Assembly (NCBI GenBank): GCA_030618065.1
Contig: JAUXEE010000001.1
Location: 1-41,308 of the forward strand
DNA from: Gemmatimonadota bacterium
GTDB lineage: Bacteria > Gemmatimonadota > Gemmatimonadetes > Longimicrobiales > Gaopeijiaceae
Reading direction: 5' to 3'
DNA length: 41,308 bases
Notes under the pieces: model-generated
Database searches by the model: none
The model's input: only the letters and a program-made list of their open reading frames with translations
Told to the model about the DNA's origin: nothing
Translations under genes and position numbers: made by a program
Part shown: piece after piece, positions 1 through 8,002 of the stretch
Position numbering within the stretch: position 1 is the stretch's first letter
Layout of the letters: the number at the start of each line of letters is the position of its first letter

Positions 1-939
1 GGTCAGAGATCCCTCCGAGGAGCCCCGTTCGATCAAAGCCCCCCCCTGCCCAAAACGTCGTAGGATCCTGCCGAGATTCGCGAGCATGAACACGAGCATG
101 ACCAGGAGAATGGCACCCATGATCCACAACATGCCGGCCCCGAGGGAGCTAGCCCCCGTGAGTCCGATGCGGATCACCTGAACCGAGAACAGGGTCAGGA
201 AGACGCAGATGAAGAGTGCCATGCCACTCAACACATTGGCCATCAAGGCCCGGAAGGCATCCTGGGCCTCGGCGGATCGGCCTCCCGCACCCTCGCGCAG
301 GGAGCGTTTAGCCGTGGCAGTCATCATCGCCAGAAGGGCGAAGAGCTGGCCAAGAACCAGATTCCAGCTCGGGACGTACATCACGGTCAAGAGGGATTTG
401 TCGGTCCAGGCATCCGCCCCGCCGATTAGACTCCAGAGAGTCGGCATTCGAGCCGCCACGCTCTGGTAGCTCACCAAACCGTAGGTGATGGTGGCCAAGG
501 CTGCGACGAGACAGATGACCAGAGTGATTTTCGCAAAGGTCTCTCCCCCCGGTCCTCCAACCTGGAGCGGAGCCATGGCCCGCCCGGCTTGTCGAGCCAC
601 GTCCGGCCGGGCCAGAGCCCTGACTTTCGAGTACGATCGGAAGTAAAGCCCCGCCCCACCGAGAAGGAGGACAGCAGTACCCGTCAGGTTCCCCGCCACC
701 GCGTGCCCGGCCAGAGTGCCGACCAGTCCCACAAGGAGAGCGGACACCATCACCATCCCGCAACCACGGTCCCAACCTCGCAGCACCTCTCGGGCCGCGT
801 CTCCCGCGGCGAACTCCTCACCCACGTAGACGCCAAAGAGCAAGCCCTCGCGGGTAATGCGCGGAAGAAAGATGAAGATCCCTCCCACCAGGAGCACCCG
901 GACCCACAGAAAAAGGTTTACTACAACGGCTTCACTCAT
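1..939 (-). CDS. Polytopic membrane protein, DUF1648/SdpI-like (the gene's 3' end runs off the window)
   Basis: This is absent from the ORF track because there is no stop codon in the window. My reverse-strand translation from the ATG at 939 reads MSEAVVVNLFLWVRVLLVGGIFIFLPRITREGLLFGVYVG... and stays open to position 1 (313 codons) with several hydrophobic helices. Its ATG overlaps the upstream GntR stop (ATGAGTGA). The family name is recalled from the common GntR/YtrA + membrane-protein pairing and is not proven. Confidence 0.6.
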   Translation of the reverse strand, partial: MSEAVVVNLFLWVRVLLVGGIFIFLPRITREGLLFGVYVGEEFAAGDAAREVLRGWDRGCGMVMVSALLVGLVGTLAGHAVAGNLTGTAVLLLGGAGLYFRSYSKVRALARPDVARQAGRAMAPLQVGGPGGETFAKITLVICLVAALATITYGLVSYQSVAARMPTLWSLIGGADAWTDKSLLTVMYVPSWNLVLGQLFALLAMMTATAKRSLREGAGGRSAEAQDAFRALMANVLSGMALFICVFLTLFSVQVIRIGLTGASSLGAGMLWIMGAILLVMLVFMLANLGRILRRFGQGGALIERGSSEGSLT

Positions 940-1336
940 CGCACTTCTCCGTACTTCGACCACCCAAGGCCAGGACCTCACGTCGTACGACCCCCAACAG
1001 CTCGTCGGTGGTCGCCCCCGCCTGCCGAAGCCGTACAAGGGTAGTACGCAACTGTTCCAGAAGCTTGGCGTGCGCCGGCCCCTCGACCTCCCGAGCGGGC
1101 TCCGCGACCGTGACGCCCGATCGGCCGCGGATGGAGAGGAAGCCTTCACCCTCCAGAAGCCGATAAGCGCGTGCGATCGTGTTGAGGTTGACCCCCAGGT
1201 CTCCCGCGAGCCGGCGCACCGATGGAAGAGTCATTCCGGGAGCGAGAGCACCCGCGGCGATGAGCTGCCGTATTTGGTGGGCCACCTGCTCGTAGACCGG
1301 CTCTTCCAGACCGCGGTCGATGGTGATCGTAAGCAT
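932..1336 (-). CDS. GntR/YtrA-family transcriptional regulator
   Basis: The product begins MLTITIDRGLEEPVYEQVAHQIRQLIAAGALAPGMTLPSVRRLAGDLGVNLNTIARAYRLLEGEGFL, which is a typical GntR winged-HTH. The track ORF starts at a TTG at 1375. I prefer the ATG at 1336 because GntR proteins normally begin just before the 'I.IDR...PvY.Qv' motif. Confidence 0.85.
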   Translation of the reverse strand: MLTITIDRGLEEPVYEQVAHQIRQLIAAGALAPGMTLPSVRRLAGDLGVNLNTIARAYRLLEGEGFLSIRGRSGVTVAEPAREVEGPAHAKLLEQLRTTLVRLRQAGATTDELLGVVRREVLALGGRSTEKCDE

Positions 1337-1347
1337 GATGAGGAAAC

Positions 1348-1367
1348 TGTATACTGAACGGTATACA
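1348..1367. promoter_or_regulatory. Candidate GntR operator: TGTATAC-N6-GTATACA inverted repeat
   Basis: tgtatac tgaacg gtataca is a perfect 7-bp inverted repeat, and each arm contains the self-complementary GTATAC. It lies 12 bp upstream of the preferred GntR start codon. It fits the GT-Nx-AC core described for GntR-family operators. Confidence 0.5.
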
Positions 1368-1427
1368 GATGTCAAGTCCGGCCGGCTTCAGCTCCCCGCT
1401 TCCCGCAGCAGCTTCTCACTTCCCTCC

Positions 1428-3875
1428 TCACTCCGATCGCAACGCTTCCACTGGATCAACCCGCGCGGCCCGCCGGGCCGGAATCCATGTCGCCATCAAT
1501 GCCACCACCCCAAGCAACAGCGCGGTCCCTCCGAACGTCACCGGATCGGTCGCGGTCACTCCGTAAAGGAGCGACGCGAGCACGCGGCTCAGGCCCCACG
1601 CACCAAGGAGCCCCACGACCAGGCCGATACCCGTAAGCGCCATGCCCTGACCCACCACGGACCGTAGCACGACCTTGCCAGGGGCGCCGAGGGCCATGCG
1701 CACGCCGATTTCCTGCGTGCGCCGGCTCACGATGTACGAGATCACGCCGTAGATCCCCACCGTGCCCAGCAGGAGCGCGATCCCTGCGGCGATCGCCAGG
1801 AGCAAGACCGTGAAGGAAGTGGAGGCCATCGACTGCTCGACCACACTGTCGACGGTCCGGGGGTTGATCATGGGCAGACGGGGATCGACGGCCCGAAGCG
1901 CCTCTCGCACCATCGCGATGGCCTCCAACGGATCCCCAGCCACCCTCACCACAACATCCATGGACAGGGAGGGGCTGAGTTCTTCGGGACTCCCGCTCAG
2001 GACCGGGAAATACGCAAGCGCCATGGGCTCGTCTTCGACATCGTCGAACCGCACGTTGCCCGCCACCCCCACCACTTCCCAGGAGTGATCACTTCCCTGG
2101 CTTCGGATCTGGCGTCCCACCGCGCTTTCGTTCGGCCAGAACGTCTGTGCCAACGTCTGCGAAATGACGATACCACGGAACTGATCCGCCTGGTCTTCCC
2201 AATCCGGAGCCCGCCCCTCGAGGATCGGAATACGCATGGCCTCCAGGTAACCGGGCGTAATGCTCCTCTGCTCCACAATTGGCCCGAGTTGACTCTCGGG
2301 GAACGGGCGATCTACCGGCTCCATCGGCCCCGCCCTCTTCGCGTCGGTAAGGGGGAGCCCGCTTATCATCCCGACGCCCTCGGCCCCCGGCGTCGCGGCC
2401 AGCTTGTCACTCAGCTCCCTGTGGAAGTCCAGCACCTGCCAGGGACTCTCGTACTCGGCGCCAGGGAGGCCGAAGCGGAAGGTCATCAGCCCGGCAGCCT
2501 CGAAGCCGGGATCCACCTTCTGTAAAGCCACGAAACTCCTGAGCATAAGCCCCGAGCCCACCAGCAGCATAAGGGCCAGCGCCATCTGGGCCACGACGAG
2601 GGCGCTCCGGGCTCGGTGCCGCTCCCTGCCGATTGTCGAGGATCGGCCACCATCCTTCAAGGCGTTCGAGAGATCCGCGCGCCCGTACCCGAAGACGGGA
2701 AAGACGCCGAAGGTGATTCCCGCCGCAACTGAAATCATGGCGGTGAACACCAGCACGCTCCCATCGATGCCGATGTCAAAGGCGGCGGGAAGGTCAGCGG
2801 GCGCAAGCGCCAGAAGCCCCTTGACCCCGAACGCGGCGAGGCCCAGGCCGAGGAGCCCTCCACCCACAGCAAGGGTGATGGACTCCGTCAGATACTGCCG
2901 TATCACATCGGCGCGGCTCGCGCCCAAGGCCGTGCGCAGCGCCTGCTCCCGCTGGCGGGTTTCGGCCCGGACCAGAAAGAGATTCGCTACGTTGGCGCAC
3001 GCGATGAGCAGCACGAAGCCCACCGTGCCAAGGAGAACCCAGAGGGCCTGCCGCACGTCCTGAACGAATATCTCTTTGAGAGGCTTCACGTCCGCCGCGA
3101 GGCCCGCTTGTTCCAATATCTCCGGGCCCAGCTCGTCGGGGTTCGCTTCGGCGAAGCGCACAAGCAGATCCTGCATCTCCGCCTGGGCCGCCTCGATGGT
3201 CATGCCCTCGCCCAGTCGCGCGGCACCAATGAGGCCCAGGGAGCCCGCGTCCGGCACGACCACATCGATCTCAAGGGGAACCCAGAGGTCCTCATCCATT
3301 ACAGCGAAACCCCGGGGCATGATGCCGACCACGCGGCGCTGTACCCCGTCCATCTCCACCAGGCGCCCCACCACCGCAGGATCCCCCCCAAAGGTCTGCT
3401 CCCACAGTGGATAGCCGAGGATGGCGACGGGCTCCGCACCCGAGCGATCCTCCCCCTCGACGAAGGCCCGCCCCAGGAAGGGTTGAACGCCCATCACGTG
3501 GAAGTACTCCTGGGTGACCTGGCTCGCGGTCAGTTGCTGCGGTTCACCGTCCGTTATGAGGTTGATGTTCTCGTCGCTGAACACGGCGAAGTATTCGATC
3601 GTCCGCGCGTTCTCGAGGTAGTGCAGGTACATCGCCTGGGAGTGGGGAATCACCGGCACCTTCACGCCCAGGCCGGGAGCCTCGTGGTTGTAGCTGAGCA
3701 GCCGCTCCGCCTCCGGAAAGGGGAGCGGGTTGATCAGCACACCGTCCACCACGCTGTAGATGGCCGTGTTGGCTCCGATGCCGATGGCCAGGGTCAGACC
3801 TGCCAGGGCCGTGAAGAAAGGCCGGCGAACGAGCCCCTTCACCGCCATTCGTACATCTCGCCACATCGCATCCAT
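1428..3875 (-). CDS. ADOP-family duplicated MacB-like/FtsX ABC-transporter permease
   Basis: The N-terminus from M41 reads MDAMWRDVRMAVKGLVRRPFFTALAGLTLAIGIGANTAIYSVVDGVLINPLPFPEAERLL, a classic ADOP start. There are two FtsX-type 4-TM blocks with large periplasmic loops, and the C-terminus is RAARVDPVEALRSE. A GGAAGG Shine-Dalgarno sits 7 nt before the ATG at 3875. Confidence 0.85.
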   Translation of the reverse strand: MDAMWRDVRMAVKGLVRRPFFTALAGLTLAIGIGANTAIYSVVDGVLINPLPFPEAERLLSYNHEAPGLGVKVPVIPHSQAMYLHYLENARTIEYFAVFSDENINLITDGEPQQLTASQVTQEYFHVMGVQPFLGRAFVEGEDRSGAEPVAILGYPLWEQTFGGDPAVVGRLVEMDGVQRRVVGIMPRGFAVMDEDLWVPLEIDVVVPDAGSLGLIGAARLGEGMTIEAAQAEMQDLLVRFAEANPDELGPEILEQAGLAADVKPLKEIFVQDVRQALWVLLGTVGFVLLIACANVANLFLVRAETRQREQALRTALGASRADVIRQYLTESITLAVGGGLLGLGLAAFGVKGLLALAPADLPAAFDIGIDGSVLVFTAMISVAAGITFGVFPVFGYGRADLSNALKDGGRSSTIGRERHRARSALVVAQMALALMLLVGSGLMLRSFVALQKVDPGFEAAGLMTFRFGLPGAEYESPWQVLDFHRELSDKLAATPGAEGVGMISGLPLTDAKRAGPMEPVDRPFPESQLGPIVEQRSITPGYLEAMRIPILEGRAPDWEDQADQFRGIVISQTLAQTFWPNESAVGRQIRSQGSDHSWEVVGVAGNVRFDDVEDEPMALAYFPVLSGSPEELSPSLSMDVVVRVAGDPLEAIAMVREALRAVDPRLPMINPRTVDSVVEQSMASTSFTVLLLAIAAGIALLLGTVGIYGVISYIVSRRTQEIGVRMALGAPGKVVLRSVVGQGMALTGIGLVVGLLGAWGLSRVLASLLYGVTATDPVTFGGTALLLGVVALMATWIPARRAARVDPVEALRSE

Positions 3876-4115
3876 GGTCCAACCTTCCGTTCTCAGGTAC
3901 AACGCGTCGGCCAAGGCATCCCACGCCTCGGCCGCGTCTTCCCACCGGGACTCGAGGAGCCCTTCCTTCTCCAGCCGCCGAGGCGATTCGGGCACTTCCT
4001 TTCCACCCCCTGCTCCTTGCTACACCAACCTCCCCCAGCCTAATCTGAAAGAGACTCAGGGGTCCCAGAGGATTCCCGCCCCAGGGGGAAGGCCATTCCT
4101 ATGGAGGTCTTTCAG

Positions 4116-5807
4116 ATGAACAGAAGATCCCTGTTGAAAAATCTCGCAAGTATCCTCAGCGGCGCGATTCTCCCGTCGTTTCTCCGGCCACAAAACGCAC
4201 TCGGATGGGGTGCTATCTCCGGACTGGCTCCGACGCACCAATTCATCGTCGACCGCGCCATGCGCCTCCTGTCGTTGGACCCCATCGCCCAGCACTTCAA
4301 CTTTCCCACCACCGAAGAGATTCAAAGCAGAGACTTTGTCCAGGTGAGCTTGAGCGGCCTCATTGGCCCAGGGCCTGACGCCACCGGCAACTCGGATTAT
4401 TCATGGCACTACTTCAATCCCAGAACAGGAAAAGGCAACGCACCCATCAAGGCGGCAGAGTATTTCGGGCAAATGATGACCCAACGCGTTTGGAACGGAG
4501 ACCAGACTTGGGGCGCCGCGTGGTCAGCCCATTTCCTCGCCGACATGTTCGTGCCCTACCACACCGTGGGATTGCCCGCCGTGGAGGTCGAGAGATTGAA
4601 CGATCGCCGACAGTACGTCCTGAGCAGGGATATCTGTGGCGATTGGCAGATCATGTTTTCCTTCTTCCGTCAGCCTCCACATCAATGGGGCCGAAATCAT
4701 GATCACACGGCGAACATACAGAGGTTTTGTGCGAACTTCTGGCCGGGACACCCAGACCGGGTGGATTGGTTCGATCCCTGGTACTGGAACGGTTTTGGGG
4801 AGGGGACCCCTGGGGTCGTATCCGGGAGCCACGGGGCATGGGAAGGCATGGCTTCGGCCGGACTTGAATTCATCAACTACGAAGAGCAAAGCCAACGAAT
4901 CCAAATGGAATCGTGGTATGATCCGATGTGGATGAATCAGAAGCCGGCTTTGGTCGAACAGTTCTGGAGCAACCAATCCGGAGCGGTTCGGGCCTTCACC
5001 GAGGCCTGTGCGAGGCGGACGAGGGATAACACCAGGGAAATCCTCGGAAATCCTGTGTTAGGCATGGCAATGGCCGCGCGGGCCATCCTCACCCTATACC
5101 GGGCCTCCATGACCGCGCTGGGCCTGTCCTATTCCCAGGAACTCCTGCCCCAGGGGGGATACCGGATTGTCGGCAATGTCTTCAATGGCAGCCCTCACGA
5201 TTATGTAGATTTCGTTGAGGTGAGTCTCCGTTTCGAGGGCCAGAGCGGTTCGGAGGCCGCCGTTCTCCGGCTGATTGGCCCTCTCCCCCCGGGCCAGTCC
5301 GCGTCGGTGTACTGGGATGTTCCGAGCGGTGCGCCCGTGAACGGCCTCATGGAGGTTTCGGGTCTATTCCGGAATACCCCGGATATGGGCTACGCCAGAA
5401 TGAATTGCACCGCCCAAGGAACGGAGCTACAACAGACCGACCCGGAGAGAAGGGAAGAGGAACGAGTTGACGCGGAGGGGTTGAAGAGGTGGGAGGGGCA
5501 GTGGACCATGAGCAGTCGAGTACTCGACGGACCCGAGGTAGGAAAAGAAGAACAACTCCCGACCTTGATCGTCACGGTAAACGGTGCAACGGCAACAATG
5601 AGGCAGGGCTCCGGATCCGCGGATTCGCCGGTTTCGGTGAGCGAGAGGGGTAGATGCATCGAGTTCAACGAGTCCAACCCGAACGGGCCCGAATATTGGA
5701 GAGGGCGATTCTGCCTCGAGCCAGACGGAAACTCCTACAGGGGCCGGCTCGAGGGGCATAACGGGAGTTTCTCCAGCGCGGCAGAAGTTTGGGGCAGCAG
5801 GATGTAG
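4116..5807 (+). CDS. Tat-exported zinc-dependent phospholipase C-like protein with a C-terminal beta-sandwich extension
   Basis: The start MNRRSLLKNLASILSGAILPSFLRPQNALG|WG carries a twin-arginine motif. The predicted mature N-terminal Trp is followed by THQFIVDRAMRLL. Further in are SWHYFNP and AHFLADMFVPYHTVG, matching the W1/His/HxxxD zinc ligand motifs of the Bacillus/Clostridium PLC family. A GGAGG sits 8 nt upstream of the ATG at 4116. Confidence 0.7.
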   Translation: MNRRSLLKNLASILSGAILPSFLRPQNALGWGAISGLAPTHQFIVDRAMRLLSLDPIAQHFNFPTTEEIQSRDFVQVSLSGLIGPGPDATGNSDYSWHYFNPRTGKGNAPIKAAEYFGQMMTQRVWNGDQTWGAAWSAHFLADMFVPYHTVGLPAVEVERLNDRRQYVLSRDICGDWQIMFSFFRQPPHQWGRNHDHTANIQRFCANFWPGHPDRVDWFDPWYWNGFGEGTPGVVSGSHGAWEGMASAGLEFINYEEQSQRIQMESWYDPMWMNQKPALVEQFWSNQSGAVRAFTEACARRTRDNTREILGNPVLGMAMAARAILTLYRASMTALGLSYSQELLPQGGYRIVGNVFNGSPHDYVDFVEVSLRFEGQSGSEAAVLRLIGPLPPGQSASVYWDVPSGAPVNGLMEVSGLFRNTPDMGYARMNCTAQGTELQQTDPERREEERVDAEGLKRWEGQWTMSSRVLDGPEVGKEEQLPTLIVTVNGATATMRQGSGSADSPVSVSERGRCIEFNESNPNGPEYWRGRFCLEPDGNSYRGRLEGHNGSFSSAAEVWGSRM

Positions 5808-5815
5808 TCGCCCCC

Positions 5816-7087
5816 CTAAACCATCCTGAACCCCTCGTAGTGGTCCCTCAACGCCTCCTTGAGCACCTCCTCAAAGGCTAGGAGTTCGAAGGAGAGTTGG
5901 TCGGCCAGAGATTGGGCGAACCGGGTCCGGTGGAAGCAGCGGGCGAAAACCCTGGGTTCGACCGACCGGCCGCGAAGAAGCATGGCTGCGCGGAAGTTCA
6001 CCACCTCTTCCTTCGCCGCGAGCAGATATACTGGTTCGACTTCGGCCTGCCGGAGGAGTTCCTCGACTTCCGCCCACGTCCCCGGATCCTCCAGATCACC
6101 ATCCACGGTCGAATAGGTGAGAGCGTCCAGAGGGACATCAGCTTCGAATTGTCGGACCTTCCGGGCAGCATCCGGGTCCACGATTACGACCCTCTCCAGC
6201 TCATTCGCCGCCGATACGCGAAGCAACTCCAGGATGGTTTCAGAGAACCGGCTGAAGCCCCCGATGACCAAGACATCCAGCTGGCCGGTATCCTGGAAAT
6301 GGGGGTACAGATGCTCCTCGAATAGGTGGAGGGCTGCAATGCGATCGGTGTTGAAAATAAGAGGCGGGCTGTTCGGTTCCTTTTGATCCTTGATGATCCG
6401 GTTCACGGGCCGGAGGAGAGTGAGGTCAGCCACGTGCACGGCAATGGGGAGATCCGGAACCCGCTCCCGAGCCCCCCACGCCAACTCCAGGTTCGCCATG
6501 TCGTCATTGGAGAGGACTACCATCCGATCGGCTCGATGGAGACAGAGAGCGCCAAGGGTGCCAGGGCGGCGGATGTCGCCTCGAATGAGTTCCGTTCTCC
6601 CATGGTCCAGGAGCTCCGAATCCGTGGCCAGGCTTTCTCCCGAGTCCACCAGGGCAACCGTCCGATCCGGATCGATGGACCGGATAGCGTCCAGGTAGGC
6701 GAGGGCGACCCGTCCCGATCCTGCCAAAACCAGGTGGTCCTTCAGAGCCCGGCGCTGGAGCCAGTCAGGGCGGACCAACCGGAGGAGCGCCTCCACCACG
6801 GCCGTGGTCGTGATGAGCGGGGCCAGGAAGTAGGCGATCCAGAGAGCTGCCCGACCCAGAAAGGGACCTCCCACAGGAGACCCCAGATCCATCCCGCCGA
6901 ACACGAAGAGCCCGCCCGAATAGTAGAGCCAGGCCAAGAATTGCTGATCCTGGGGGTCGGAAATCCCCGTGGTCCTGACACCCGCGAGGAAGGCTCCCAC
7001 CGCCAGGAAGAAGACGAGCACGATTCCCAGGATCCTGAGCTGATTGATCCGACTTCCCCGGCGTGGGACCCGATGTTCCGGACTCAA
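5816..7087 (-). CDS. 2-TM channel-like membrane protein with two RCK/TrkA_N NAD-binding-type domains
   Basis: TM1 is ILGIVLVFFLAVGAFLAGV, followed by the re-entrant-like segment WLYYSGGLFVFGGMDLG and TM2 AALWIAYFLAPLITTTAVV. Two Rossmann GxGxxA/G motifs follow (LVLAGSGRVALAY and LVIGGFSRFSETI). The TTG start overlaps the upstream stop (TTGA). Confidence 0.7.
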   Translation of the reverse strand: MSPEHRVPRRGSRINQLRILGIVLVFFLAVGAFLAGVRTTGISDPQDQQFLAWLYYSGGLFVFGGMDLGSPVGGPFLGRAALWIAYFLAPLITTTAVVEALLRLVRPDWLQRRALKDHLVLAGSGRVALAYLDAIRSIDPDRTVALVDSGESLATDSELLDHGRTELIRGDIRRPGTLGALCLHRADRMVVLSNDDMANLELAWGARERVPDLPIAVHVADLTLLRPVNRIIKDQKEPNSPPLIFNTDRIAALHLFEEHLYPHFQDTGQLDVLVIGGFSRFSETILELLRVSAANELERVVIVDPDAARKVRQFEADVPLDALTYSTVDGDLEDPGTWAEVEELLRQAEVEPVYLLAAKEEVVNFRAAMLLRGRSVEPRVFARCFHRTRFAQSLADQLSFELLAFEEVLKEALRDHYEGFRMV

Positions 7088-7998
7088 GAGTCACCTCCCA
7101 ACGCGGCCCGAGAGATCTCCGCCACCTTCGTCCGGGCTTTCGCCGACAGGCCCGCCACAAAGGGCCCCGAGTGGCTGAGGGTATCGATGGGAGATCCCTC
7201 CAGATTTACCACATCCCCACCGGCCTTCCGGACAATCTCCACCCCTCCCACCAGGTCCCACGGCTCGGCAGGACGGCGACTCCAACGGTTCACGTAAACG
7301 AAGTGACCTTTGGCGGCCTCGACCAGAGCCCAGGCCGGGGACCCCCCGGAAGACCGCACCATCTGGATAGTCCGGGCCTCCCAGGCCCTTTGGAAAGCTG
7401 AGGAAATGGCGCCCCCCCCGGGACTGGGCTGGAGGTGGACCAGAATCTTCTTTTCATCCGGGGCTTGGAAGGGAAGGTCCACTGCGCCGTCTGGTGCATT
7501 CAAGAGCCCCAGGCGGATCAACCGGGGCCGGCCAATGGGAGCTACGTAGGCCACTTCACCGGATGCCGGATTGGCCACGACACACACCATAGGGACCCCA
7601 TCCCGGAAGACACTGATGGTGACCGAGTAGCTCTCGGTCTGAGTCAGAAAGGCCCAGGTCCCGTCGATGGGGTCCATGGCCAGAGAATCCCCCTCGGATC
7701 TCATCCGGCCCCCGCTCTCTTCCCCGGTCATCTCGGCATGAGGGGCGAATTCGGCGAGAGCCCGCCGCACCGTGTCTTCCATGTCCCGTTCGAGCTCGGT
7801 GGCGGGCGATCCGTCTTCCTTCAGCTTGGCCCGGATTCCCACGGCATGGATCAGATTCCGTGCTTTCAAGGCGGCCGAAAGAGCGGCATGCACGCTGAAC
7901 TCGAGCCAGGCATCCGGGTTGGTGGGGTCCCTGGGGGGGAACGGCCTAGCCTCCCGGAGACGGGTCAGGCACCGCGCTTCAAGTGGGCTTAAGTCCAT
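7084..7998 (-). CDS. Inositol monophosphatase-family (IMPase/CysQ/FBPase-like) phosphatase
   Basis: Motifs seen are KEDGSPATELERDMED, TGEESG, AMDPIDGTWAF and PWDLVGG (the family motifs are DPIDGT and WDxxxG). The track ORF begins at a TTG at 8010. The ATG at 7998 lies 4 nt after the upstream stop, so the start is uncertain within 12 nt. Confidence 0.85.
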   Translation of the reverse strand: MDLSPLEARCLTRLREARPFPPRDPTNPDAWLEFSVHAALSAALKARNLIHAVGIRAKLKEDGSPATELERDMEDTVRRALAEFAPHAEMTGEESGGRMRSEGDSLAMDPIDGTWAFLTQTESYSVTISVFRDGVPMVCVVANPASGEVAYVAPIGRPRLIRLGLLNAPDGAVDLPFQAPDEKKILVHLQPSPGGGAISSAFQRAWEARTIQMVRSSGGSPAWALVEAAKGHFVYVNRWSRRPAEPWDLVGGVEIVRKAGGDVVNLEGSPIDTLSHSGPFVAGLSAKARTKVAEISRAALGGDS

Positions 7999-8002
7999 TC
8001 CA

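Noticed and set aside
3876-3995. 40-codon N-terminal extension of the first ADOP permease in the ORF track
   Set aside because: ADOP proteins start at the M..(W/L)(R/Q)D(V/L)R.A.(K/R).L motif. The ATG at 3875 has a GGAAGG Shine-Dalgarno, and the extension has no family resemblance.
5808-5815. 8-bp gap between the convergent PLC-like gene and the last operon gene
   Set aside because: There is no room for a hairpin or terminator and nothing structured is visible. I note it only as a possible site of transcriptional collision, not as a feature.
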